Positions 23,551-34,017 of a stretch of 64,000 nucleotides of DNA are shown here, one piece after another. Position 1 is the stretch's first letter; every line of letters starts with the position of its first letter. This DNA is from Heteronotia binoei. Its lineage: Eukaryota. The notes beneath the pieces were generated by a model. It was given only the letters and a program-made list of their open reading frames with translations, had not been told where the DNA came from and did no database searches. The stretch covers positions 27,900,001-27,964,000 of the forward strand of contig NC_083243.1 in the NCBI RefSeq assembly GCF_032191835.1, read 5' to 3'. A program made the position numbers and the translations under genes.

Positions 23551-25537
23551 CTACATTGGTCAGAATATCGTCTGTCGTGGCATTGAATAGGCCTTGCCCG
23601 TCAAAAGGTAAGTCCTCTATTTTGAACTTAATGTCTGGCTGCAATGATGAAGACCTGAGCCATGCGTGCCTACGTAGGGCAATTGCTGATGCCAGAGTTC
23701 TGGAAGAGCACTGGGCTGCGTGGCGTGCCGTATTGATTTGCTGCTTGCTGACCCTCGCGAGCTCCTGTAGGGCATGTGAGGCTTGTCTTTGTGCTGCCTC
23801 TGGCAGAGAGGTAATCAGGGTATTGAGCTGTGTCGTCAGGTTAAAGGCGTAAGCTGAGAAGTATGCCATATAGTTGTGGATTTTAGTAGTGGCGGTGGTG
23901 AGGGAGTAGATTTTTCTCCCAATTGTGTCGAGTTTTTTGCCCTCTCTTTCAGGAGGAACGGGGTGTCTTGTCTGCTTAGATTTGGATGATGAGTGAACTA
24001 TCATCGAGTTCGGTGCAGGGTGGTTGAAGAGGAATTTAGATTCGGAGGCATGAACCGTATAAAGTGATTCAACCCGTTCTGACGTTGGTGGTACAGAGGC
24101 TGGTTTGTCCCAGGCCTCTTTTAAGGTTTCCAGGTGAACTGGAAGCATTGGAAAGGAAAAACCTGCAGGGAGGTCCGCGTGCACCAGGTCATAGACTACA
24201 TCTGAGACTCTAGGTACGTCAGTGGTCAGCTTTACATTGAGGGAATTCGCCATGTTGTATAGTAAATCCAGGTAAGATTTGGGTCCCTCTGATGGAGAGA
24301 GGTCAGATGGTTTGGCAATATCCGATGCTGGTGAGTGCAGATCTGAGGTTGAGGAATGGGATGATTCAGATTGTTCTGCTTCAGATTCTTCCTGGGTGTC
24401 TACATCCGGAGGTTTGATGGTTTGTTCTGGTAGCGAAGGCTGTATCCGTGGTTTGGTTGAGCCGATGGAGGTTGATCTAGCTTGTGACGACGGTTTCGGC
24501 TCCAAGTTGTAATGAGCAGAAGCTTCACGGTACCGGGGACGGTCCTTGTGGTATGAATGCTCTCGGCGCGGAGGAGTCTCATGATACCGCGGACGGTCTT
24601 CTTCGCATGTTCGGTCTCGATAGTAGGGCATCTCATGGTATCGAGAGTCTTCATGGGCGCGATGTCGATAAGAACCCGTAGATGGTGATCTATGGTATCT
24701 TCGGTACCCTCGAGGAGATGGTGACCTGGACCTCGATGGAGTGTAGTAATAGTAGCGGTCTCTGTGGCCACTTCTAGACCTCTTAGCTCGGATACGCATA
24801 GGGAGCTCTCTTGGAGTCGACAGTTCTCTTGCGAGGGAAGGTGCAGTTATTGTCTGTGGAGGTATTGAGACCTCCCGAAAGGAGTGTGCGTCTAGAATGT
24901 TGAGGCGCTGGCTCTTTGTTGAACCCGGGGACTCGGTGCTCAGTATCTGCTCTGGTAGGGATTCGTGGACCGAAGGTGACCGAGAGTTGATACGAACGAT
25001 TTTAAGTGGTGTGATAGCGGGCATCGAGGTCGATTTCGAAGCCGGGGTTGTCGGAACCAAAGCTGCGGAGCTGGTAGCCGGGTGCGGCGAGGAAGTCGAA
25101 TCTGGAGGCCTATGGCTTGTCTTGGGTTTTTTAGGAGACTTCGGACCCGAAGGGTCTCTCGAGGTCAATTCCGTGTGATGCCGCTTTTTGGAATCGTTGG
25201 ATTTTTTTGGGTGTTTCCCGGACTTAGGCTTGCTGGGAACCAAAGCCACGGAAGCTGCCGGTTGGGCCATTCCCTTTTGAGCTAGGGACGATGGCAAAGT
25301 CTGAGAACTCGAGGTGTGGGACATAGCCGGGCGCAGTGACGACTCTAGCAAATGGCTTTTGAGTCTTGCCGTGAGGTTTTTTCTAGCTTGTTTGCCGAAT
25401 TGGCTGCAATGCACGCAGGAATCAATGCGGTGTGCCTCACCGAGGCAGAAAAGGCATAGAGAGTGGCCATCGGTCAACGGGATTTTCGCAGCACAGCGGA
25501 CGCACCTTTTAAAAGTGATTTTGTCCTTCCCTTCCAT
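23330..25537 (-). CDS. DIRS ORF1 (gag-like; Cys/His finger, RS-rich middle, LAP2alpha-like C-terminal half)
   Basis: Uninterrupted 735 codons from MEGKDK (ATG at 25537). N-terminal CxxC...HxxCxxC...HxxxxCxxC motif; C-terminal HPAPNSMIV...EGKKLDTIGRK...RRHAWLRSS...IEDLPFDGQGLF motifs typical of vertebrate DIRS gag. Confidence 0.85.
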   Translation of the reverse strand: MEGKDKITFKRCVRCAAKIPLTDGHSLCLFCLGEAHRIDSCVHCSQFGKQARKNLTARLKSHLLESSLRPAMSHTSSSQTLPSSLAQKGMAQPAASVALVPSKPKSGKHPKKSNDSKKRHHTELTSRDPSGPKSPKKPKTSHRPPDSTSSPHPATSSAALVPTTPASKSTSMPAITPLKIVRINSRSPSVHESLPEQILSTESPGSTKSQRLNILDAHSFREVSIPPQTITAPSLARELSTPRELPMRIRAKRSRSGHRDRYYYYTPSRSRSPSPRGYRRYHRSPSTGSYRHRAHEDSRYHEMPYYRDRTCEEDRPRYHETPPRREHSYHKDRPRYREASAHYNLEPKPSSQARSTSIGSTKPRIQPSLPEQTIKPPDVDTQEESEAEQSESSHSSTSDLHSPASDIAKPSDLSPSEGPKSYLDLLYNMANSLNVKLTTDVPRVSDVVYDLVHADLPAGFSFPMLPVHLETLKEAWDKPASVPPTSERVESLYTVHASESKFLFNHPAPNSMIVHSSSKSKQTRHPVPPEREGKKLDTIGRKIYSLTTATTKIHNYMAYFSAYAFNLTTQLNTLITSLPEAAQRQASHALQELARVSKQQINTARHAAQCSSRTLASAIALRRHAWLRSSSLQPDIKFKIEDLPFDGQGLFNATTDDILTNVDDSRKRAKRLGVTQPQSQSKRQRTWKPNYYKRSRSPRQAEPWRRKPPQAKQPFQQRARPQTSKKATPTTKQSL

Positions 25538-25718
25538 CCACCCGGAGGAGGGGTGGAACGGGAGAAAGTCTAAAGAGATAGGAAAGAGATTGATTTTTTT
25601 TAATGATACCAGTGAAGAATGAAGAGAAGAAGAGGAACGGTGAGGAGATGAGGAGTCCGAAGGATTGCAATGAAAGCGGGAGATCAGCGAGGTAGGTGTT
25701 TTCCGGACGGCGGTAAAG

Positions 25719-25884
25719 AAGAAACTGAGTGGGTTAGGCGCCTCCCCCTCGTCTAGGCATGCGCAGACGATGCCTCCTCCCTGGGACAAGAGGAAGGCGC
25801 GCTAAACTAACGCTTAAAGATTGCTTTGAATTCTCCGAGGTTGGGCTCGATCCTGGCGGATAACCCATATGTGGGACTGCACAG
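25719..25884 (-). repeat. DIRS 5' ITR (inverted copy at 19963-20128)
   Basis: Reverse complement aligns to 19963-20128 with 8 differences by hand count, most of them C/T or G/A changes at CpG sites. Confidence 0.95.
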
Positions 25885-26188
25885 AGACCACAAAGAAGAT
25901 CAAAAGGCTATGACCCTGGCTAGCTGTGCTCCTGCATAAAGAAAAATTCTTCATGATCTTTTTGGTCTGGTTCACCTACATTGCAGGCCATATCTGTGAT
26001 GTAGTAAAACCATATCAGTGTCGAGAGAGGAGCCATTTCACCATGGGACATCCTCCACCTGAGCAATGCAGCATGTGTAGGGGATCTAGACAACTTTCTC
26101 ATTAGTCAAGAGGGAATTTTTCTATCATGAAGCCACAAAGGGTCACCCCTTCCTTGCCCCAAGTAGGAATCAAGTTATAACGGCATAC

Positions 26189-26246
26189 CTTGCACAGCAA
26201 GAAGCTGCTCATCTGTGGTCCAGCGTGCGTTGAACTTCTGTGTAAC
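26189..26246 (-). CDS. RCOR1: RCOR1 coding exon (exon 10 equivalent; start of SANT2)
   Basis: cttag|GTT...CAA G|gtatgc; 58 nt; VTQKFNARWTTDEQLLAVQ plus one phase-1 base. Confidence 0.97.
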
Positions 26247-26509
26247 CTAAGTGTCACCAAAAAATAAAAGAAATCGTCTCCTTAGGGCAACAGGCCTGCT
26301 TTCAAATCCCAGCCTGGCAACTGCATACAAATGAACAAATTGCTTAAGCCATAAGAGGCAGAACAACGATTTGTTAAACAAAGACTGCATTAATCGGTCT
26401 CGGCAAAAAGAACAGTTAAATGGCAGAATCAATTAATCATAAAAGTCTGGTGCTGACTGGCTGGAGGAAAAGAAAGAGAAGAGAAGGGGTGGCCAGTCAA
26501 TCTAAGAGA

Positions 26510-26773
26510 GTCACTTTGGTGTAGTGGTTATATGTGCAGACTTATCTGGGAGAACTGGGTTTGATTTCCTACTCCGCCACTTACAGCTGCTGGAATGGCC
26601 TTGGGTTAACCATAGCTGTCTTAGGAGTTGTCCCTGAAAGCGCAACTGCTGTGAGGGCCCTCTCAGTCCCACCCACCTCACAGGGGGGGAGAAGATATAG
26701 GAGATTGTAAGCCACTCTGAGTCTCTGATTCAGAGAGAAGGGTGGGGTATAAATTTGCAGTCTTCTTCTTCTT
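26510..26773 (+). mobile_element. Squam3-like SINE
   Basis: Same family, with (TCT)n tail. Confidence 0.85.
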
Positions 26774-27799
26774 CTAAGCTGAGAGTCAGATGGTCAGGAT
26801 CACCCCGGTTTATCAGCCAAGGCCAAGCAACCTCCAGTTGGCTTATGATGACAATTAGTTGTAGCCCAGGAATCCCTTCTGCTAAAAGAGGTGACTTCCT
26901 CTGATGATAGGAGAGCATGCATCAGTCAAGGTCTCTTTGAGCCATGACAAAAAGGTACCAACATTAATGGAATAAAGTCACCCAATTCATCAGTATCAGA
27001 ACCACGCTCAAGCACAAATGAATCTGCCTTACACAGTACATTAGTACAGGCAGGGCTTTTTTTGTAGCAGGAACTCCTTTGCATGTTAGGCCACACACCT
27101 CTGATGTAGTCAATCCTCCTGGAGCTTATAGTAGGCCCTGTAAGCTCTTGGAGGATTGACTACATCAGGGGTGCGTGCCCTAATGTGCAAAGGACTTCCT
27201 GCTACAAAAAAAGCCCTGGGGGTCCCCAGGATGCTGCCTGTGGGTGCCATGGTGCCCACCAACACCCCTTCTCATGCCCACCAAGTGTTTTTAGAAAGAG
27301 GGAGAGGCCAGATTGGGTTTTTGCCCAGCAAGTCTTCTACCTGAGCACTGGATATTTGATTGGCCCTATGGATTTTTAAATGCATTGCTATGGCAGCAGT
27401 GGCCACCACAGTACAAGGATATTCACTGTGCGACTGAAGGTAAGCCGTGGCAGCCATTTTGTGACTGGCTCTGCCTCCCCAGCAGTCATTTTGTGGCTGT
27501 GCCCACCACAATGACAGAATTCAAAAGTTGCCCCCACAGGTTCAAAAAAGGTTCGGGAGCCTTGAATCAGTCCATCAAGGTTAGTATTGTCTACTCAGAT
27601 TGGCAGCGGCCCTTCCAGGGTCTCAGGCCCAGGACTTTAGCACCACCTACTGTTTGATCCTTTTAACTGGAGATGTCAGGGATTGAACCTGGCAACCTGC
27701 ATGCAAAGTACAGGCTCCTCCACTGAGCCACAACAGTTTCCCACTGATATTTGGCATTCAATGTTTATACTAAATGCGTATTTATTTATGTATTTATTT

Positions 27800-28069
27800 T
27801 TTAGATAGATTAGTTAGATGATAGAATAGATAGAGTAGATATAGATTAGATGAGATATATTAGATGTTATAGACAGATANNNNNNNNNNNNNNNNNNNNN
27901 NNNNNNNNNNNNNNNNNNNNNNNNNNNNNNNNNNNNNNNNNNNNNNNNNNNNNNNNNNNNNNNNNNNNNNNNNNNNNNNNNNNNNNNNNNNNNNNNNNNN
28001 NNNNNNNNNNNNNNNNNNNNNNNNNNNNNNNNNNNNNNNNNNNNNNNNNNNNNNNNNNNNNNNNNNNNN
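27800..28069. repeat. (TAGA)n-type microsatellite and assembly gap (190 N, 27880-28069)
   Basis: Degenerate TAGA repeats run into the N block and resume at 28255-28290. Confidence 0.95.
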
Positions 28070-28724
28070 GGCAGGTACAGGGCTTTTTTTCTAGCAGCAG
28101 CTCCTCTGCATATTAGGCCACGCCCCCTAGCCAATCCTCCAAGATCTTAGAGGGCTCTTAGTGCAGGGCCTACTAGAAGCTCCAGGAGAATTGGCTACAT
28201 CAGGGGTGTGTGACCTAATATGCAGAGGAGTTCCTGCTAGAAAAAGAGCCCTGGATGATGATAGACAGACAGATAGACAGATAGATTAAAAAGCACTCTC
28301 AAATGCTGAAATTGCTTTACATCCATTCTCTGTGTAATTCCTGAACTGGAAAATGAAGGAAGAGAATCTGTTCAAGATCAAGCCACCAATTCTGAAAGAA
28401 CACACCAAGTACTTCAATGGGCCAGGCTGAGTGAATCGCATGTCATAAGACATCCTATTCTTCTCCTTCTATGCATGGACCCTACAAGGGTGGCCAGTAC
28501 AGGAGCACTGATTATGTGGGTGCAAGGCTTACTCTACCATGATTATGTTCCAAGCAGCCAATATCTCTCACAGAAGGAGTTTCACATGCTCTTAGGGGCA
28601 CAGTTATTGATCTCGGTGAAACCCGGGACTGCTAGCTGGTAAGTAAAAACTCTCTAAACTTCCCACAGCCCTTACACCTTTACAGAAGATAAAAGCACAG
28701 CGTTTCACTTGCACGTAAACTTAC

Positions 28725-28802
28725 CTCTGGCAGCCTATATTCTTCAATTCCCCCTTCAAGTTTCTCTTTCAGAGCACTGTTTGTTTGCTTGATATTTTGA
28801 AT
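28725..28802 (-). CDS. RCOR1: RCOR1 coding exon (exon 9 equivalent)
   Basis: ttcag|ATT...GAG|gtaagt; 78 nt; [26 protein letters not shown], in frame with both neighbouring exons. Confidence 0.97.
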
Positions 28803-29571
28803 CTGAAAAGAAAGGTTTGTCTATCAACATGGATAAAAGCAACTTTTTAAAAAAATAAACACCTTTTTTTCACAAAATCTCCCACAAGCTCTGATCGGCA
28901 ATTTTCCGTAGAACGCTCTCCTTCCTGGGGGGCATGGGGGAGGGCGGGAAGTCAGAAGCAAACCTGGAACTTAAATTTTTGTCACTGCTGTTCCCTACAG
29001 AGCTGAAACACACCTAGAGAACTATGGGAACTTAAGAAACTGAAGAGATATACCTGTTCAAGTTCTAAGAGGATAGTTAAAGACTGAGGTGTGCCTCAGG
29101 ATGATTTCAGACATAGCTGAAAGGGCATAAGGCCCTGGAGGGAGTAATGGGGGAAGTACATTCACGTCTTTGGCCTTTACCCCAACTATTTAAATATAGA
29201 CATGTAAAATACTACTGAGTGCCTGACCTCACCCCTTCAAGTCCCTTACACAAGGACTTGCACCTGAATGATTTATGACAGAACTGTCTTTTCTACAGTT
29301 CTTCCTGTTTCTCCTCACCCTCATGATCTTTGCTGGAAAAAAAATCTCTTTTAAAAATGATTGTCTGCACTATAATGCTCTGACTCATGAAAACTCATCC
29401 TGGAATAAACTTGGCTAGTCTTTATTTCCCTTTTGTTTACTTTGTGATATATATATATATATATATTCATATTTTCTAATTGGTTTTTAAGTTTAAAACA
29501 TAGTGTGTGTGTGTATAAACACTCCATGTTTTAAACTTAAAACCAATTAGAAAATACGAATCATGAAGCAA

Positions 29572-29980
29572 CTTCCTGGAGGAAGAACTCTCTGAGGAAA
29601 GGCTGAGGGCCTTGGGAATGTTCAGTCTGGAGAAGAGGAGACTGAGGAGAGACATGATTGCTCTCTTTAAATATCTGAAAGGCTGTCATTTAGAGGAGGG
29701 CAAGGAGCTGTTGCATTTGGCAGCCGAGGATAGGACCCAAAGCAATAGGCTCAAATTACAAACAGAAAAGTACCAGCTGGATATTAGAGAAAAAATGTTT
29801 ACGGTCAGAGTAGTTCAGAGGTGGAACCAGCTGCCTAGGAAGGTAGTGAGCTCCCCTTCATTGGCAGTCTTCAAAACGCGGCTGAATGATTATTTGTTTG
29901 AGATGCTTTAGGCTGATCCTGCATGGAGAAGGGGTTGGACTAGAATGGTCTGTATGGCCCCTTCCAGCTCTATGATTCTA
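29572..29980 (+). mobile_element. CR1 LINE 3' fragment
   Basis: GMFSLEKRRLRRDMIALFKYLKG...SSPSLAVFKTRL; tail CTATGATTCT. Confidence 0.92.
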
Positions 29981-30711
29981 TAATTTGTAGCCTGGCAGTT
30001 TACAGGCACAGCAGGAAACCACAGGTGACAATCTGCAATATTCACTGCATTCAATGACATCATGATTCGGGGCTTTTAGTTCAAAAGACATTACAGCACA
30101 GTTAGGGACTATGGGGGTTGCCTGAACACAAGTGTCAATTTCTAATTTTGGGCTCAGGAAGAACCGAAAGCAGCAAACTATTTGCTACGCAGTGACATAA
30201 ATGGAGAATTCCAGTAGTTTCTCAGTCTCTGTTGAGGTTCTGCAGTAGTGGAAAGGTTTTTATGTGTTTTTACGTTGTTTCTGCTATGTATTTTAATGAT
30301 ATGAATTTTCATTGGTTTGTTCACCATTATGTCTTTTTTTCTGATTTCTTTGAGTTGCCTCAGGCAGTTTTCTGAAAAGATGGCATATGCGTTTTCTACA
30401 TAATTAAAGAACAGAGTTGGCATCTGCAATTTTTTAAAATGTTTGTTCTTCCTTTCCGTTCACTCATGAGGCATTCATAATCCACAACAGAATCCTTCAT
30501 TATCAGAGAGATTAAGAAGCAGGATCTGAGCCAAATCTATTATTTGCTAGACATAGCTGAAACAGACTCAAAATCCAATATAAAAATATCATGAAATGAA
30601 GAAACAATACTGATTACGTTTCCAGAAATGATGGTAGAAGCGGCAACAGCTCTGGCACCAATTTAGATTGAAGCTGCCTTATATTGAACCAGACCACTGG
30701 TTCATCAAGCA

Positions 30712-30809
30712 AGTAGAAAAGAGTAAGAGTCCAAGAAGCACCTTAATGACTAACAAAATTTGTAGTAGGGTATGAGCTTTTGTGAGTCACTGCTCACTTC
30801 TTCAGATAC
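30712..30809 (-). mobile_element. Penelope-like terminal fragment (degenerate relatives near 2895-2970, 3945-4030, 34518-34590 and 49525-49660)
   Basis: GAGTCCA..AGCACCTTAATGACTAAC...GTATGAGCTTT.GTGAGTCA.TGCTCACTTCTTCAGATAC; inserted in a SINE tail. Confidence 0.6.
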
Positions 30810-30909
30810 TTCTTCTGGTCCATCAAGGTCATTATTGTCTACTCAAGACTGGCAGCGGCTCTTCAGAGATTCAGGCTGAGGTTCTTCACATCACCTCCAA
30901 GTTTGGTGT

Positions 30910-31451
30910 AGAGCCAGTTGGTAGTGGTTAAGTACACGGACTCTTATCTAGGAGAACTGGATTTGATCTACATGCAGCTGCTAGAATGGCCTTGGGTCAG
31001 TCATAGCTCTCGTAGGAGTTGTCCTTGAAAGGGCAGCTTCTGTGAGAGCTCTCTCAGCCCCACCCACCTCACAGGATGTCTGTTGTGGGGGGGCGGAGAG
31101 AAGGTAAAAGGAGATTGTGACAGCTCTGAGATTCAGAGTATAGGGCGGGATATAAATCCAATATCATCTTCATCTTCCTGAAGACAACTGCAGATTTATA
31201 CCCTGCCCTTCTCTCTGAATCAGACTCAGAGTGGCTTACAATCTCCTATATCTTCTTCCCCTATAACAGACACCCTGTGAGGTGGGTGGGGCTGAGAGGG
31301 CTCTCACAGCAGCTGCCCTTTAAAGGACAACTCCTACAAGAGTTATGGTTGACCCAAGGTCCATTCCAGCAGTGCAAGTGGAGGAGTGGGGAATTAAACC
31401 CGGTTCTCCCAAATAAGAGTCCACACACTTAACCACGACACCAAACTGGCT
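30910..31451. mobile_element. Two Squam3-like SINEs tail-to-tail (+ 30910-31177, - 31180-31451)
   Basis: Full-length plus-strand copy immediately followed by a full-length minus-strand copy. Confidence 0.88.
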
Positions 31452-31756
31452 GATTTACCTGATCTTTTTAGCTGGAGGTGTTGGGCACTGAAGCGAAAGC
31501 CTTCTGCATGCCAAGAAGATGCTCCTCCACTGTGGTAGAGCATCTGCTTAGCATGCAGAAGGTCCCAGGTTCAGCCCCTAGCATCTTTTCTTAAAAGCGT
31601 CAGCTGGAAGGTTGATGTGAAAGACCCAGGAAAGCCTCTACCAGTCAGTGGAGACAAGATTGATGTTGATGGGTCAATGGGTTGATTCAATATAAGACAT
31701 CTGTTCATGCACATGAGCCACAGCCCCACATACTTATTTGGTACATTTGTTATCAC

Positions 31757-31939
31757 CAGGGCTTTTTTTGTAGCAGGAACTCCTTTGCCTATTAGGCCAC
31801 ACACCCCTGATATAGCCAATCCTCCAAGAGCTTACAGGGCTCTTCTGACAGGGCCTACTGTAAGCTCTTGGAGGATTGGCTACATCAGGGGGGTGTAGCC
31901 TAATATGCAAAGGAGTTCCTGCTACAAAAAAAGGCCCTG
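31757..31939. mobile_element. Palindromic hAT-type MITE (further copies 11099-11280, 27051-27218, 28078-28253, 33124-33303, 34781-34958, 59722-59889, 63396-63612)
   Basis: CAGGGCTTTTTTTGTAGCAGG TIRs; TSD GTTATCAC/GTTATCGC. Confidence 0.9.
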
Positions 31940-33819
31940 GTTATCGCACCCTTCCTCTAAAGAGTTTAGGATTGTAAACATAATTCTTCCAATCTATCTT
32001 TACACCCACGCTCTGAAGTAAATTAGGCTGTGAATGAGTGACTGGCTCAAGGTCACACAATGAGCTTCGCCACAAAGCAGCAATTTGAACTTGGGTCTCC
32101 TGGGATGCCACTAATCACTACTCTATGCTGGTATTTATCCTAAAATTGTATCATTAGCAGTTTAAGCTGTGCAGCATGAATAGTTTATTCAGATCTAGAA
32201 ACTGGCTCCAAAGAAAAAGAAGCAACACTGTCAAGAACTTATATGAAAAGTATGCCATCAACTCATGGTGCCCAATGAAGCTCCAGCCTCATGGGGTTTT
32301 CAAAGCAAGAGATGAGCAGAGGTGGTTTGCCATTGCCTTTCTCTACATAGCAACCTTGGACCTCCTTGGCCCATCTAAGATACTAACTGGCCCATCCAGA
32401 TACTAACTAGGGCCAACCTTGCTTAGCTTGTGAGATCCAGCTAGCTTGGGCTATTGAGGCTGCTTCAAGAAGAGGCATACCCCTCCCATTGAAAGAGCAA
32501 GAATCTGATTTGTTTAAAATAAAAGGATGCATGGAAAATCACCAACATGACCAGATAGTGGGGAAGAAGCACATCCTTCTTCATATCACCAACGGAGAAG
32601 GAAAAAACCTGGTAACTAGCCACACTTAGTTCAGAAGACATTACAGGACAGTTGAGGACTATAGGGGGTTGCCTGAACACAAGTATTAACTTCTAGTTTT
32701 GAGCTCAGGAAGAACTGAAAGCAGCAAACTGAGAGATTATGTCTCCCTTGGCAACAATTCACAACCGGCACAAACATTTCTAAATCCAGAAAGTCAATTT
32801 GGCTGCGAAAGTCAGTCCTGCATTTGGAGAATCCTCTTCAGGTTAAACACGTGAACCTCGTTTGCTGCACAAGAGCAGTATGGCTGACACCATGTCATAC
32901 CCTCTGGCCTCAAACACGTGGAAATTTGCTACTCAAGTCTGGGGTGAGGTGGGGACACTGGACTAATACAAATGCAAAATAATTGTTTGCTATAAACATC
33001 CTGAGCAATACTCCCTTCTAAGCTGTGGAGTCTTGTGAGCAAAAATTCTACTTTGTGAGCTACTGGCATTAAAGTGGTGAGCTACTGCATAAATTAGTTT
33101 TGCTCTGCAGCCCTATCTACTGACAGGGCTTTTTTTGTAGCAGGAGCTCCTTTGCATATTAGGCCACCCCCCCCCCGAGGTAGCCAATCCTCCAAGAGCT
33201 TACAAAGCTCTTAGTACAAGGTCTACTGTAAGCTCCAGGAGGATTGGCTACATCAGAGGAGTGTGGCCTAATATGCAAAGGCGTTCCTGCTACAAAAAAA
33301 ACTGTTTCCTGAGCTAAGACAAAAAGCTGAGCTAAGCTGTCAACCACAAACGGTTTCCTGAGCTAAGACAAAAATGCGTGAGTTGGAGGCTTAAATAAAC
33401 TGTGGGCTATCTCACACTAACTCAGCTTAAAGGGAACACTAGTCCAGAGAGAAAGAGAAAAGGGGAGGAGGGAGGTGAATTCAGTCCAAAGAACATAGCT
33501 TATAGGCTCTAATTTACGGAAGTCCACAGTAGTATCTTGGGAAAGAGACAGGAATCTGGCAAGCCCTGCTCTGTTCCCTTCTGCACTGTAAATAGAAAAC
33601 CAAGCTGAAAAATAATTCCATTCCAGCACATGCTGCTCAGCAGACAGCTTCTTAATCAAGTCTCATCCTGATGCAAAGCATCTTGTCCAAGCTATAAATC
33701 CCCTAGGGAGCCAGAAAATTGAGACCGACGGCAGTTCCTCTCTTTTTTTTTTTTTTTTTTAAAAAGTGTATTGGATGATTAAAAATAAGCTTCATTTTGT
33801 TACAGGGAAATCCTCCTAC

Positions 33820-34017
33820 CTGTCGCTTGATGGAGACCAATTCCATATCCAGTTGTCTCAACAGGGTGGTGGCGGCTGTCGCGTTGGCGGAAACGGCCTC
33901 CACATCCTCTTGAGAAAGGAACATGCCTTTGGGAGGTTTCCTCTTGGCTCTGTTCTTTGCAGCCTGGGAACTGTGCTTTTCCTTCTTCACCTGAGGGATG
34001 GTTTCAGCTGGAGGGGC
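33820..34017 (-). CDS. RCOR1: RCOR1 coding exon (exon 8 equivalent; linker/coiled-coil LSD1-binding region)
   Basis: ttgcag|GCC...CAG|gtagga; 198 nt; [66 protein letters not shown]. Confidence 0.98.

Larger units (their letters stand above)
19920..25900 (-). mobile_element. DIRS1-like tyrosine-recombinase retrotransposon, full length, frameshifted
   Basis: Inverted terminal repeats, an internal complementary region joining both ends, and gag, RT/RNase H/MT and YR ORFs in DIRS1 order. Lies in the intron between exons 26189 and 18530, on the same strand as RCOR1. Confidence 0.97.
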
